DNA of 53,668 nt from Candidatus Bathyarchaeia archaeon (GCA_038882975.1 JAVZNE010000010.1:1-53668); one strand, 5' to 3'; shown: positions 31,645-41,418, counted from the first letter of the stretch. The notes: generated from the letters alone by a model not told the origin. Numbers and translations are program-made.

Positions 31645-31718
31645 TCAGAGCGTATAGAAGAAAGTTACATTCTTTTATGTTGTTTGCTAACAAACTCAAA
31701 ATTAAGGGAAATTTTTGG

Positions 31719-31928
31719 CTATTTCTTTTTGCTACTTAGCCACCATTTCAAGTATTCCTTTCTTCGCTTTTCCTTTTCGTCTTCTTCGCTCTCAACGGAG
31801 GGTCTCAATTTTTCTTTAAGTTCTATGAGTTCTTGCTGTGTTACTGAAAGTCCACAGCTTTGGCAGACATAGTGTTTGGTGGCTATTATGTAGCGCATCT
31901 CGCCACCGCATTCTGGGCAGTATGGCAT
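31719..31928 (-). CDS. Small Zn-ribbon protein
   Basis: CPECGG...YVCQSCG and a charged tail with EYLKWWLS. Confidence 0.8.
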   Translation of the reverse strand: MPYCPECGGEMRYIIATKHYVCQSCGLSVTQQELIELKEKLRPSVESEEDEKEKRRKEYLKWWLSSKKK

Positions 31929-31993
31929 TTTTAACCACTTTCTGCATTAAGAAGGGGTGGGCTTTAAGAAATAGCTTTCGATTGAAGTGTAGT

Positions 31994-33094
31994 TCACGTT
32001 ATAAAGTTCAACAATCCAGCTTCTTTTGCGAGCCTAATAGCCCTGTCCATCTCATCCCTTGTTAGTCTCCGTCGAAGTTCTGGAATTTCATAAGCTCGCC
32101 ACTCTGGTCTGTACTGGAACATGACGTTTACTCTTGTTTCTCTGCCGAGGTTTTCTGCTATCCAGTTCAGTATAGGTTTTGTGCAGCACTCGAGATGGCT
32201 GGGCAAAACTAGAACACGTATTATGAGTTCGCCATATTGCTTGGCAACCAAATGATTTTGAGTGCACACATTCCAATAGTTGGGAGCTTCTGAAATTCTC
32301 TCGGTACAGTCACCCGGCCCATATTTAAAGTCGAGGAGATAAACATCTGCAAAGCCTGCTAGGAGCTGGGCTGTTTCTTGGCTGTAATAGGTGTTTGAGT
32401 TCCAAACAACTGGTATGTTCACGTTCACATGCCTAAATGTTTCAAGCCACTGCTCCAGCCACGGTGTTGGCTCTCCACCAACGAGGTTTGCATTTCTGCA
32501 TCCATTTCTGCGTAGTTCTTCAATTTCTTCTGCCAGTCTTTCCGGCTTGTATTGTTCTCCATTTTCAATCCATTGGGATATTGTCCAGTTTTGGCAGTGC
32601 TTACAGCGCATGGTACATCCCATGGTGAATATGGTTCCAGAAGGCACAAGCTCCGGCTCTTCGCCCATGTGCTCAAAAATGCTTGAAACAGTTATCGCTG
32701 TTCCACATTTGCAGAACCCCCGCCCGCCCGCAAGCCTATTCACTCCACACTTTCGAACACAGAAATGACATTCCTCAAGCACACGTTTGGCAATTGCGAT
32801 TTTGAGATCTAAGTAAGATTTTCCTGGCTTTAGCATCCTATCTAAATCTTTCTTTTTTGCGTCAATTTCCCTTTCAAGCTCGCAAAAATGTCTTGTGCTT
32901 TCTCTGTGAATGTGCCACAGTTCCTCTAATGTGGCGTCTTCTGGGAAGTCGGCTGGAAGCTTTTTGGCTATCTGAAACTTTGCTGGTTTTTCATTCTTCA
33001 CTACGGCAAAATACCTAGCTAAGCTTTTTCTCACTATCTTGTCATCCAGCACGGCCACAGCGTCTGGGCGGATAATCCTCCACATCACGCTCAA
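31994..33094 (-). CDS. Radical SAM protein, PflX-like
   Basis: CHFCVRKCGVNR, HMGEEPELVPSGTIF, CxxxCxxCQN and NVMFQYRP. Confidence 0.9.
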   Translation of the reverse strand: MSVMWRIIRPDAVAVLDDKIVRKSLARYFAVVKNEKPAKFQIAKKLPADFPEDATLEELWHIHRESTRHFCELEREIDAKKKDLDRMLKPGKSYLDLKIAIAKRVLEECHFCVRKCGVNRLAGGRGFCKCGTAITVSSIFEHMGEEPELVPSGTIFTMGCTMRCKHCQNWTISQWIENGEQYKPERLAEEIEELRRNGCRNANLVGGEPTPWLEQWLETFRHVNVNIPVVWNSNTYYSQETAQLLAGFADVYLLDFKYGPGDCTERISEAPNYWNVCTQNHLVAKQYGELIIRVLVLPSHLECCTKPILNWIAENLGRETRVNVMFQYRPEWRAYEIPELRRRLTRDEMDRAIRLAKEAGLLNFIT

Positions 33095-33115
33095 CCAAAT
33101 TTGGGCTAGAAAATT

Positions 33116-34171
33116 TTAGAAAAGCGCATAGGGATAAGCGTAACCACTGGCATGCAGTTCCCCCTTAATTGGTATTTCCAGCCCACATACTGGACAGCGC
33201 ATGTCCTTAGTTAAATTCCACTTCGTAATCTCGAAACTGAAACGTTTAATTAAAAGCTCATTGCAACTTGGGCAATAAGTGTTTTCAGCCGGATGCCCAG
33301 GCACATTTCCAATGTAAACATAGTTTAAGCCAGCACTCTTAGCAGCAGCATAAGCCCTCTCCAAAGTTTCGATAGGTGTTGACGGAATATTCGTAAGTTG
33401 ATAGTCTGGATGGAAACGCAACAAATGAAAAGGCGTGTCCTTTCCAAGATTCTCCTTTATCCAAGTTGCCAAATCCCTTATTCTTTCTATGGAATCTCCT
33501 ATTTTCGGCACAACCAAATTCGTAATTTCAATGTGGATACCATTCTTTTTCATCTCCTTTAACGACTCATAGATGGGCTCAACCGATGGAACAGCGGAAA
33601 AGACCCTATAAAAGTCAGGGTCACCCCCACCCTTAAAATCCACAGTGGCAGCGTCAAGATATGGCGCTATAGTCTTAACAGCTTCTGGTGTCATATATCC
33701 ATTTGTAACAAAAGTGTTGAAGAAGCCAACTTGATGTGCAAGTTTAGCCGTCTCATATGCATACTCAAAAAATATTGTTGGCTCGGTGTACGTGTAACTT
33801 ATTCCTTGGCATCCATTATCCCTAGTAGCTTTAACAGCCTCTTCTGGTGGAAAGTCCCTTCCAGAAATCTTCTTTTCTTGACTTATCATCCAGTTGTCGC
33901 AAAATTGACAGCGAAAGTTACAGCCAACAGTGGCAATGGACATAACGGTGGCTCCTGGATGGAAATGCGAAAGAGGTTTCTTGCCAATTGGGTCTACACA
34001 TGCGGATATGGCTTTTCCATAGACAAGCGAGTAAAGGGTGCCTCCATCATTTTTTCTAACAAGACAGAAACCGTTTCCACCGTTGTTTATCGTGCATCTT
34101 CTGCCGCATAGATTGCACTTAACCTTCTTATCTCCAAGCTTCTCGTATAGCATAGCTTCTTGCATTGTCAT
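33116..34171 (-). CDS. amrS: AmmeMemoRadiSam system radical SAM enzyme
   Basis: CNLCGRRC, DPI.KKPLSHFHPG, GCNFRCQFCDNW.ISQ, RFHPDY and YVYIGNVPG..ENTYCP. Confidence 0.9.
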   Translation of the reverse strand: MTMQEAMLYEKLGDKKVKCNLCGRRCTINNGGNGFCLVRKNDGGTLYSLVYGKAISACVDPIGKKPLSHFHPGATVMSIATVGCNFRCQFCDNWMISQEKKISGRDFPPEEAVKATRDNGCQGISYTYTEPTIFFEYAYETAKLAHQVGFFNTFVTNGYMTPEAVKTIAPYLDAATVDFKGGGDPDFYRVFSAVPSVEPIYESLKEMKKNGIHIEITNLVVPKIGDSIERIRDLATWIKENLGKDTPFHLLRFHPDYQLTNIPSTPIETLERAYAAAKSAGLNYVYIGNVPGHPAENTYCPSCNELLIKRFSFEITKWNLTKDMRCPVCGLEIPIKGELHASGYAYPYALF

Positions 34172-34494
34172 TTCTCCTCCACATGGAAACCATTGTTGTT
34201 GAACCCTATACTTAATGCCTTATATGCAGCTCTAAACCCTCTTCTATGTCCATCGGTCACTATCAATCCGGCTTCACGAAGCTTTTTAAGATGAAAGGAT
34301 ACCGTTGTGGCTGAAACCGGTTTAGGAAGAATTTTCTCTATTTCATTAATTGTTTTGGCCTCTGGGTATGTTTGCAAAAGGTATCTAAGTATTTTCGTTC
34401 TTGTGGGGTCGCTTAGGGCTTCACATATTTTGTGGCCGTTAAACTGCTTTGGCAAGCAGAGCTTCACCACTATTTTAATATGAAAATATAACAA
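34168..34494 (-). CDS. ArsR family transcription regulator (start uncertain)
   Basis: ALSDPTR.KIL...TVSFHLKKLREAGLI; ATGA overlap with amrS. Confidence 0.85.
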   Translation of the reverse strand: MLYFHIKIVVKLCLPKQFNGHKICEALSDPTRTKILRYLLQTYPEAKTINEIEKILPKPVSATTVSFHLKKLREAGLIVTDGHRRGFRAAYKALSIGFNNNGFHVEEK

Positions 34495-34544
34495 TTTAAA
34501 TCTTCTTAATCTAGCAAAATTTATGCCCAGACTTTCTACGGGCT

Positions 34545-35144
34545 TTATTGAGATTGTTTAATTTCAAAAACAAATGGCGGAATAAAAGTCTTTATATCTA
34601 ATTCCACATTAAGCAAGCCCTCTAAAAATCCAGCCCAGATTTCAGATTCGCTGATAAAAGGGGCCTTTATAAGAAGATACTTGTCCTTTAGGTAGAAATC
34701 TCCAAACCCTTGGACTCTTAAGCGTTTAAAGACCTCCTGCCACTTTCCTGAGTCTGATGTTTGTATGCCCAACGTGGCTTCCATGGAAACTTTTGCGGCT
34801 TCGCCCATCTTTCGCCCAATTTCCCTCCATTTTTCCTTCGGAATGTTTTGAATTAATATGTTTACTAGTTCTATGTTTAGGAAGGCTATACGGCTTATAC
34901 CACAATAATACTCGCCTGGAAAACGCCAATCGTAAATCATCATGCTTCTGTAAACGTCAAGCATCTTTGAAATGAGAGGTTTTATGCCAGACTCCTTTCC
35001 TTCTTTGATTAGTTTGTCGATGAATTCGCGTTCCTCTTTCTCTAGAATTATTGTTGTCCTTTTTGACGAACTTTTATCTTTGTTTAGAATTTCTTTCATT
35101 CGCTCTTCTTTTTCATCTTGCATAATTGGTATATCTTTAAGCAT
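34545..35144 (-). CDS. Hypothetical protein, possible RHH-like N-terminus plus V4R-like C-terminus
   Basis: KRTTIILEKEEREFIDKLI; EIGRKMG...QGFGDF...GFLEGLL. Confidence 0.6.
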   Translation of the reverse strand: MLKDIPIMQDEKEERMKEILNKDKSSSKRTTIILEKEEREFIDKLIKEGKESGIKPLISKMLDVYRSMMIYDWRFPGEYYCGISRIAFLNIELVNILIQNIPKEKWREIGRKMGEAAKVSMEATLGIQTSDSGKWQEVFKRLRVQGFGDFYLKDKYLLIKAPFISESEIWAGFLEGLLNVELDIKTFIPPFVFEIKQSQ

Positions 35145-35220
35145 ACTTTATATGCTTTGTTCCGTCCAAGAAAATAAACACAACCGAATCACTTTTTAGC
35201 AACTCACACAGCATAATTTA

Positions 35221-35281
35221 TTGCCGATGAAGAGCTCTGAAAAATCTGAAAAGATGATGCTCCCTGGGGTATCTGAGGCAA
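35221..35281 (+). ncRNA. C/D box guide sRNA candidate
   Basis: TTGCC-G-ATGAAGA(C)-GCTCTGAAAAAT-CTGA(D')-AAAG-ATGATGC(C')-TCCCTGGGGTAT-CTGA(D)-GGCAA. Confidence 0.85.
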
Positions 35282-35291
35282 AATCCCCCTT

Positions 35292-35534
35292 TCAGGAGAT
35301 GATCTTTTTCTTAATCAGAAACAGCATGAGCAATAAGCCAGCAAGAAAAACTATGAAGCCAGAAACCACTGAAGCAGAATAGTTTAAATCTAGAGCTTTG
35401 AAAAGCATTAGAACCACGTATGGCCCGCCGAACGTTAAAAGTGCAGAAAGCAGTGTGAGCGAAACTCGCCAAAACCTCGAGTTTAAATCAAACGTAATGG
35501 TCTTTCTTCCTCTTTTCTCTTTATTTCCATTCAT
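35292..35534 (-). CDS. Small two-TM membrane protein
   Basis: Two hydrophobic helices, basic termini. Confidence 0.65.
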   Translation of the reverse strand: MNGNKEKRGRKTITFDLNSRFWRVSLTLLSALLTFGGPYVVLMLFKALDLNYSASVVSGFIVFLAGLLLMLFLIKKKIIS

Positions 35535-35588
35535 ACCTTATCAATCCTCAAACTTCCGAGGTATACAGCATTTAGAAGAGCAATTTCC

Positions 35589-36233
35589 TTATAACCCTTC
35601 CTTAACCTCGTTCCCTAAGGCTTTCATTAAAAACTTGAAGACCGAGAACCCGGCTCCACGATCAGCCTTAAAACCCGTCGTTGATCCTAAAAGGCATACA
35701 CCGTCTATGCCCTGTTCCTTTGCCATTCCAAGCATAAGTCCGGTAGCCCCTGCAATTCTTCCTTTACTGTACAGTATGGCGCCTTTTTCCATAAATTCCA
35801 TTGCTAACCTTGGCGAGGTGGCAGCAACATAAACCTGCGACGTGTTTTCTACTGTTGAAATTCCACCCATGGTTATAATTAGGCTACAGTTATGCTTGAC
35901 GGCAAAGTTCAGTATTTCTCCACATAACTCATAGTGGGCAACAACATCCTCAAAAGAAGGTTGCGTATCGCCAGTTAAAACCATAAAGTCGTTTTTCTCC
36001 ATAGGCGCAGCGTAAAATTCATATTTTGGCAAACGGCAAACACCGCTAGAATCAACAGAAATGTAGTCTGGAAAATATGGTGCATACAGTTCTGCAAAAG
36101 GCTTAGCCCCACAAAACTTTATTAGAAGATGAGCCGCAATCTTCCCAACATTACCAAACCCCGGCAGCCCCTGAACAAAGATGGGATTCTCCAGCAACGG
36201 AGCAGAAATCTGGCGGAAATAAGGCTTGTCCAT
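35589..36233 (-). CDS. PAC2 (proteasome assembly chaperone) family protein
   Basis: GLPGFGNVGKIAA, GDTQP, IITMGG and I.GATGL.LG. Confidence 0.9.
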   Translation of the reverse strand: MDKPYFRQISAPLLENPIFVQGLPGFGNVGKIAAHLLIKFCGAKPFAELYAPYFPDYISVDSSGVCRLPKYEFYAAPMEKNDFMVLTGDTQPSFEDVVAHYELCGEILNFAVKHNCSLIITMGGISTVENTSQVYVAATSPRLAMEFMEKGAILYSKGRIAGATGLMLGMAKEQGIDGVCLLGSTTGFKADRGAGFSVFKFLMKALGNEVKEGL

Positions 36234-36290
36234 GGATAGCTAACCACGCCCGATAGAGTTAATTACAATAATAAAGTTTCTGGTTTCCTA

Positions 36291-36303
36291 AAAGGTTTTA
36301 AGA
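36291..36303 (+). promoter_or_regulatory. BRE/TATA of tRNA-iMet
   Basis: AAAGG-TTTTAAG about 25-30 bp upstream of the tRNA 5' end. Confidence 0.55.
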
Positions 36304-36325
36304 GAGTTCGCTTCAGCATAGAAAT

Positions 36326-36404
36326 AGCGGGGTGGGGTAGCCAGGATTAACCCGCTGGGCTCATAACCCAGAGATCGGTCGTTCAAATCGACCCCCCGCT
36401 ACCA
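36326..36404 (+). tRNA. Initiator tRNA-Met (CAT), CCA encoded, no intron
   Basis: AGCGGGG/CCCCGCT acceptor stem with A1-U72; CTGGG-CTCATAA-CCCAG anticodon arm with three G-C pairs; GGTCG-TTCAAAT-CGACC T arm. Confidence 0.97.
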
Positions 36405-36487
36405 AAGTCATGATAAAGTATGTTAGCATTTTGAAGGTTTGAATTTTAAAAATATGAGTGAATGTTTGATGTTTTCTGGCTTTTCAG

Positions 36488-36703
36488 CTATATTAGAAGT
36501 CCGTTAAAGGTTTCTTGGTCTGAGATTACCGTTTGTCCATTTATTGTCAATGTTTCGCATTGAAGGAGGTAGTTCCACAGTTTTGTTTCAGCAACATTTT
36601 GCCTTAAAGTCTGTCGAAGTTTCTCTATCATGTTGATTCTTTCATGTTCGGATAATTCTAATAGGTCTATTTTTCTTTTGCTTTTTTTGTTTTTTGCGCT
36701 CAT
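36488..36703 (-). CDS. Hypothetical small protein
   Basis: AT-rich ORF MSAKNKKSKRK...; start uncertain. Confidence 0.45.
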   Translation of the reverse strand: MSAKNKKSKRKIDLLELSEHERINMIEKLRQTLRQNVAETKLWNYLLQCETLTINGQTVISDQETFNGLLI

Positions 36704-36869
36704 GTGTATTTTCACCATGAAATTTTTTATCGTGTATCTTAATAAATCGGTTCTTTCAACTTCGGAATGTATCACAAATTGATATAATACGTTGTATAGA
36801 AAGCTAAAAGAAGCTGGGAAAAATTATAAGCGACACATGCTTGGATACATAGTTTGTAAGTGAAAGGCT

Positions 36870-38396
36870 ATGCAAGTGGACGCTGTTGAAAATGCTCTGT
36901 TCTCGGTTACTGTGAATCCACTGCTTAAAGAGTTTATCAGCCGCCTTGACATAACTTGTCCGAAGGACGGAAACCTCCTTTTAAACTCTCTTAAGGATTT
37001 TCTAGGAGAACCCGTTTCCCTCTGTCCCACATGTCAACACATAAGCCGCCACATCGCTAAACCCTTCTACGAGATTGGAAGCCGTCTCCTAAAAGCCGAT
37101 AAAAACTTCATGAGAAAGCAATTCGTCAAGGATAAGTACGGGGGGGCATGGTTCAAGGGCTTCGGCTTGATGATGAGGGGCATTAGAAAATATGGCGTAC
37201 GTGTGCCCTTTGTGCCAGCAGGTCCCTTTGAAATAGTCTGGAACTTTACATATAAATGCAATCTACGCTGCAAACACTGCTATGAAGATGCGGGAGCTGG
37301 AAAACTCCCAGAACTATCAACAGACGAAGCAAAACAAGCCATAGACATACTTTCAAAAATCGCTGGGGTTGGCTTGCCAGCCCTGTCCTTCAGCGGCGGA
37401 GAACCACTAGCAAGAAAAGACTTTTTCGAATTGGCGGCTTACGCCAAAAAGCGCATACCCTACATAAGTATCGCCTCAAACGGAACACTTCTGACCAAGG
37501 ATAATGCCAAGAAAGTTAAGGATGCTGGAGTGGACTATGTGGAAATAAGCATAGATGGAGCATCACCAGCCGTGCATGACGAGTTTAGGGGCATACCTGG
37601 AGCCTTCGAAAGGGCAATTCAAGGCGTTAAAAACTGTGTTGAAGAAGGCATAGATACATGCATTGCAACAGTCCTCCATAGAGATAATCTGGCTGAGACA
37701 GAGAAAATTCTGCAGTTGGCTAAGGAGCTGGGCGTACGCTTCATGCATTTCAATTATATCCCCACAGGGAGAGCTAGAGAGCATGTTGAGCTGGACCTAA
37801 CACCAGATCAGCGTCTTCACGTTTTGCACGCCATAGGCAAGGAAATAATAACTTTGTATTTGCAAGCGAAAGAGGAGGAAATGAAAACAGGAAAATCCAA
37901 CATTAAAGTTGACAGATTTTTCAGCACTTGCCCACAGTACGCAAGCGTTACAAAAGAGTTATCCCAGCGGATGGGGCACAAATTCATGGTTGAAGCCCAC
38001 TATGCCGCGAAAAAAGGTGTGGAAAACGTTGCCAACTTCTTGGGCGGGTGCGGAGCAGGACGCTTGTATTGTGCTGTTGAACCGAATGGAGATATAAAAC
38101 CATGCGTATTTTTCCCAACAAACAAAGACACTGTTTTAGGCAATATACTAAAAGACGATTTTGAGGAAATATGGGACAACGATCTACTCCTATGGCAGCT
38201 GAGGACAAGAGAGAACCTTGAAACCTACATTGTAGATGGAGAAGAAGTGGGTTGTGGAATTTGTCAAGACAAGTATATTTGTGGAGGTTGTAGAGCAAGA
38301 GCCTACAACTATTTCAACGGAAATGTGAAAGCGCCGGACATTGGATGTATTCATAATAAGGCTTTATGGGAGAAAATGATTGCTTTAAGGCGATAA
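36870..38396 (+). CDS. Radical SAM / SPASM domain protein
   Basis: CNLRCKHCY, FSGGEPL, CGAGR..C...NGDIKPC and CxxCx(n)CGGCRARA. Confidence 0.92.
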   Translation: MQVDAVENALFSVTVNPLLKEFISRLDITCPKDGNLLLNSLKDFLGEPVSLCPTCQHISRHIAKPFYEIGSRLLKADKNFMRKQFVKDKYGGAWFKGFGLMMRGIRKYGVRVPFVPAGPFEIVWNFTYKCNLRCKHCYEDAGAGKLPELSTDEAKQAIDILSKIAGVGLPALSFSGGEPLARKDFFELAAYAKKRIPYISIASNGTLLTKDNAKKVKDAGVDYVEISIDGASPAVHDEFRGIPGAFERAIQGVKNCVEEGIDTCIATVLHRDNLAETEKILQLAKELGVRFMHFNYIPTGRAREHVELDLTPDQRLHVLHAIGKEIITLYLQAKEEEMKTGKSNIKVDRFFSTCPQYASVTKELSQRMGHKFMVEAHYAAKKGVENVANFLGGCGAGRLYCAVEPNGDIKPCVFFPTNKDTVLGNILKDDFEEIWDNDLLLWQLRTRENLETYIVDGEEVGCGICQDKYICGGCRARAYNYFNGNVKAPDIGCIHNKALWEKMIALRR

Positions 38397-38398
38397 AA

Positions 38399-38611
38399 TT
38401 AAGCTTTGCCCTTTTCTTCCTTGCCAAAATACATTGTCCACTTAAGTTTACGGGCGTCTCTTTTAAGCCTTAGAGAACTTTTTCTGCATTTGCTTGAGCA
38501 GAACCAGAAAATTGTTCCGTCATTTTTGACGTACATCATTCCTGTGCCCGGCGGAAATTCGTTGCCACAAAATGAGCATTTCCTAGGTTTTGGCAAAGGA
38601 TGCGCCTCCAA
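38399..38611 (-). CDS. rpl24e: 50S ribosomal protein L24e
   Basis: CSFCG..PGTG.MYV..DG...FCSSKC...KWT. Confidence 0.97.
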   Translation of the reverse strand: MEAHPLPKPRKCSFCGNEFPPGTGMMYVKNDGTIFWFCSSKCRKSSLRLKRDARKLKWTMYFGKEEKGKA

Positions 38612-38625
38612 ATGTTTAGCTTGTT

Positions 38626-38853
38626 CTATCTTGTTATTTTCTTTGCTTCCCTCTCCGTTTCTCTAAGCATAAGAATGTCTTGCACCCGAACGGGTCCTTT
38701 CACGTTTCGCGTTATTATTCGTCCCTTATCCTTTCCCTCTAAAATTCGAACTCTTACTTGGGTGATTTCGCCTGTCACACCTGTTCTTCCGATTATTTGA
38801 ATGACCTCTGCTGGTGTGAGCTCCTCTTCTACTGTTTCCTTTTCCCTGCTCAT
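38626..38853 (-). CDS. rps28e: 30S ribosomal protein S28e
   Basis: [19 protein letters not shown] and ETEREA. Confidence 0.97.
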   Translation of the reverse strand: MSREKETVEEELTPAEVIQIIGRTGVTGEITQVRVRILEGKDKGRIITRNVKGPVRVQDILMLRETEREAKKITR

Positions 38854-39233
38854 TACTTGACTCCTTTCCTAATCTGTTCGATCCTCTTAATTATTTCTTT
38901 AACGAGTCCTCCAGCGTCTCCCTCACTGATTATGCATGCTGAAGCTGCTGAGACATCTATTCCAACCGCGTCACCAAGCTTCTCTTTGCTTGGCACGTAA
39001 ACATAGGGGATTTTTCTCTCCTCACAAAGAAGTGGCAAATGAGCCACAACTTCTGGCGGGTCGACATCTTCAGCTATAACCACTAGTTTTGCTTGCCCCC
39101 TTTCAACCGCCTTGGTCGTCTCGTTTGTTCCCTTTCTCACAGTCCCAGTTTTTGCGGCTATTTGCAGGGCTTCATAGGCCGCATCTGCAACTTCCTTCGG
39201 GACTTCAAATTTTACGTAGAATGGTTTTGACAT
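38853..39233 (-). CDS. rpl7ae: 50S ribosomal protein L7Ae
   Basis: [24 protein letters not shown]. Confidence 0.97.
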   Translation of the reverse strand: MSKPFYVKFEVPKEVADAAYEALQIAAKTGTVRKGTNETTKAVERGQAKLVVIAEDVDPPEVVAHLPLLCEERKIPYVYVPSKEKLGDAVGIDVSAASACIISEGDAGGLVKEIIKRIEQIRKGVK

Positions 39234-39391
39234 AAGCCTCACCCTCAAATGCACAGTTTAATCAACAACACCTATTTATGAATGTTTCGACGAAACCCGG
39301 CGGAAACTCTTCTATACGCGGAGTAACGTAGAAAGGTTTAAATAACATGTCACGTTTGAACCTTTTTGTTTTTCGAGGGGAATATAAAGGG

Positions 39392-39640
39392 TTGATTAGG
39401 CTAGGTCGAGCACTCCATATTAGTCCAAGCAAAAATGTTATAGTTAAAGTCGAAAGTGCTCCAAAAATAGGCGAAACCGTGGTTGATGAAAATTTTAAAC
39501 TTGTTGGCGAAGTCTTTGATGTTTTCGGTCCGGTTTCTTCACCATATGTGGCGGTTAAACCAAAAATCGCCAAGCCCGAAGTTTTAATCAACAGGGTGTT
39601 GTATGTTCTCCCCTCGAAAAAGGAAAAGGAGAGAAAGTAA
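39392..39640 (+). CDS. gar1: H/ACA RNP protein Gar1/Naf1
   Basis: PKIG..V.D...VG.V.DVFGPV..PY; conserved position before tfb. Start TTG is inferred. Confidence 0.88.
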   Translation: MIRLGRALHISPSKNVIVKVESAPKIGETVVDENFKLVGEVFDVFGPVSSPYVAVKPKIAKPEVLINRVLYVLPSKKEKERK

Positions 39641-40600
39641 ATGGATGATGCAGATGTTGGGGATGCAAACCCAACATCAACCACTCAACAAGCTAAAGTG
39701 CAGTCGTGCCCCGAATGCGGCAGCACAAGATTAATGCGCGATTATGAATGTGCAGAACTGGTTTGCATGGACTGCGGCTACGTCATAGCTGCAAAAATAG
39801 CTGATAGGGGTCCTGAATGGCGAGCTTTTGACGACGAGCAGAGAGCTAAAAGAACAAGGGTTGGCGCCCCATTGACATACACGATTCATGATAAGGGCTT
39901 ATCAACGATGATTGACTGGCATGACAGAGACATTTATGGGAAAGGCTTATCACCGGGACAAAAAGCTCAGGTCTACCGCCTTAGAAAGTGGCAACGGCGA
40001 ATAAGGGTTTCAGATGCCACCGAACGTAACCTCGCTTTTGCATTGTCCGAGATAACAAAAATTGCTAACAATCTGAACCTTCCAAAGAATATTTTGGAAA
40101 CAGCATCCCTAATTTATAGAAAAGCCGTAAAAGAGAGGCTCATAAGGGGTAGATCGATCCAAGGGGTTACGTCAGCAGCGATCTATCTGGCTTGTAGGCA
40201 GTGCGGCTTGCCCAGAACTTTAGAGGAGATAGCCCAAGCATCAAATGTAAATAAAAAGGAGGTGGGCCGCAGTTACCGCTTCTTGATAAAAGAGTTGAAT
40301 TATTTTATTCCGCCTTTAAAACCAAGCCAATACATAACTAAATTCTCAAATCAGCTAACAATGCAGGGCAAGGTTGAGGAAATAGCCCACAAAATTTTGG
40401 CGGCGGCAAAAGAGCTGAAACTTACATCTGGACGGGGTCCAACTGGGATTGCGGCAGCTGCTAGCTACATAGCTTCTGTGCTTACCGGGGAAAGGAAGAC
40501 TCAGAGGGAGATTGCCGAAATAGCGCAGGTGACAGAGGTTACAATTAGGAACCGTTATAAAGAGCTTGTTGAGCGCTTAATGTTCCAGATGAGCCTTTAG
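39641..40600 (+). CDS. tfb: Transcription initiation factor B
   Basis: Zn ribbon CPECG, GPEWRAF, two cyclin repeats and [12 protein letters not shown]. Confidence 0.98.
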   Translation: MDDADVGDANPTSTTQQAKVQSCPECGSTRLMRDYECAELVCMDCGYVIAAKIADRGPEWRAFDDEQRAKRTRVGAPLTYTIHDKGLSTMIDWHDRDIYGKGLSPGQKAQVYRLRKWQRRIRVSDATERNLAFALSEITKIANNLNLPKNILETASLIYRKAVKERLIRGRSIQGVTSAAIYLACRQCGLPRTLEEIAQASNVNKKEVGRSYRFLIKELNYFIPPLKPSQYITKFSNQLTMQGKVEEIAHKILAAAKELKLTSGRGPTGIAAAASYIASVLTGERKTQREIAEIAQVTEVTIRNRYKELVERLMFQMSL

Positions 40601-40890
40601 AAAAGCTCCTCTTCCTCCTCTTGTGGGTAGCACTCCTCATCCGCTTCTTCCCCTTTTTCCTTCTCGCTGCCTAGAATTTTTGGAACAGTTCTACTGAGCT
40701 CTTCTAGAATGTCTTTAGGGATTTTATCTCTTAAACCCTTGATTTCTTCCTTAAGCTTGTTAACCTCTGCCTCTAAAGTTTTGGCTTTTTCGCTCAACTC
40801 CAAAACTTCCTTTAGCTTTTCTTTCTCTTCTAAAAGTGTTTGCTTCTCCTCTTCCAGCGACCTAATTTTCTCCTCTAATTTTGCCTTCAT
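40597..40890 (-). CDS. Coiled-coil protein with acidic tail
   Basis: Heptad K/E/L pattern; ends EEEEELF. Confidence 0.7.
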   Translation of the reverse strand: MKAKLEEKIRSLEEEKQTLLEEKEKLKEVLELSEKAKTLEAEVNKLKEEIKGLRDKIPKDILEELSRTVPKILGSEKEKGEEADEECYPQEEEEELF

Positions 40891-41001
40891 TTCGGTAACT
40901 CGCACTTTTAACCACCAATTTAACATATTAGTCTGCAGATTAATAATTTGCTGCAAAACACATTTTAGTCTCTTAGAGGAATACTATAATAGGGTTGTAG
41001 T

Positions 41002-41418
41002 TTGGTTAAGTGTCCTAAATGTGGGGGAGAAGTGGCTACACCCGTTAAGACATGGATTATTTCTCCACGAAAACCTAGTGAAGGCGCGCCAAAATCTATG
41101 GGGATTTTCGAATGTCCTAGCTGTAAGGCTAGGTTTAGGGCGGCTATCGAATCTGAAGCGAGGGTTGAAGAGACAGTAAGTATTAAAAACTTGGTTGAAA
41201 GAATTAAAGTCATTAAGGGTGAACTTATGCAAACCTTGAAGAATTTGCGGGAGAAAATAAAAACTTTGGAGACGGAACGTGCGAACCTTATGATTGAGAT
41301 TGAGAAATTGAAGAAGGCAGCGGAGTCGAGGGTTAGTGCACTTGAAAGTGAAGTAAACATGCTGCGGGAGGAAGTAAAATCCTTAAGAGAGCTCCTTGGC
41401 TATACAGAGGAAAAGTAA
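41002..41418 (+). CDS. Cren7-like Zn-ribbon domain fused to coiled coil
   Basis: CPKCG..V.TPVKTW..SPRK...MGIFECPSC..RFR, then ~75-aa heptad repeat. Confidence 0.7.
   Translation: MVKCPKCGGEVATPVKTWIISPRKPSEGAPKSMGIFECPSCKARFRAAIESEARVEETVSIKNLVERIKVIKGELMQTLKNLREKIKTLETERANLMIEIEKLKKAAESRVSALESEVNMLREEVKSLRELLGYTEEK

Noticed and set aside
36326-36500. Integrated element at tRNA-iMet
   Set aside because: No integrase and no second copy of the tRNA 3' end seen in the window.
39234-39345. K-turn autoregulatory element or ncRNA between rpl7ae and gar1
   Set aside because: Only short inverted repeats (TTTCG-A-CGAAA; TTCTA..TAGAA); no convincing tandem G-A K-turn.
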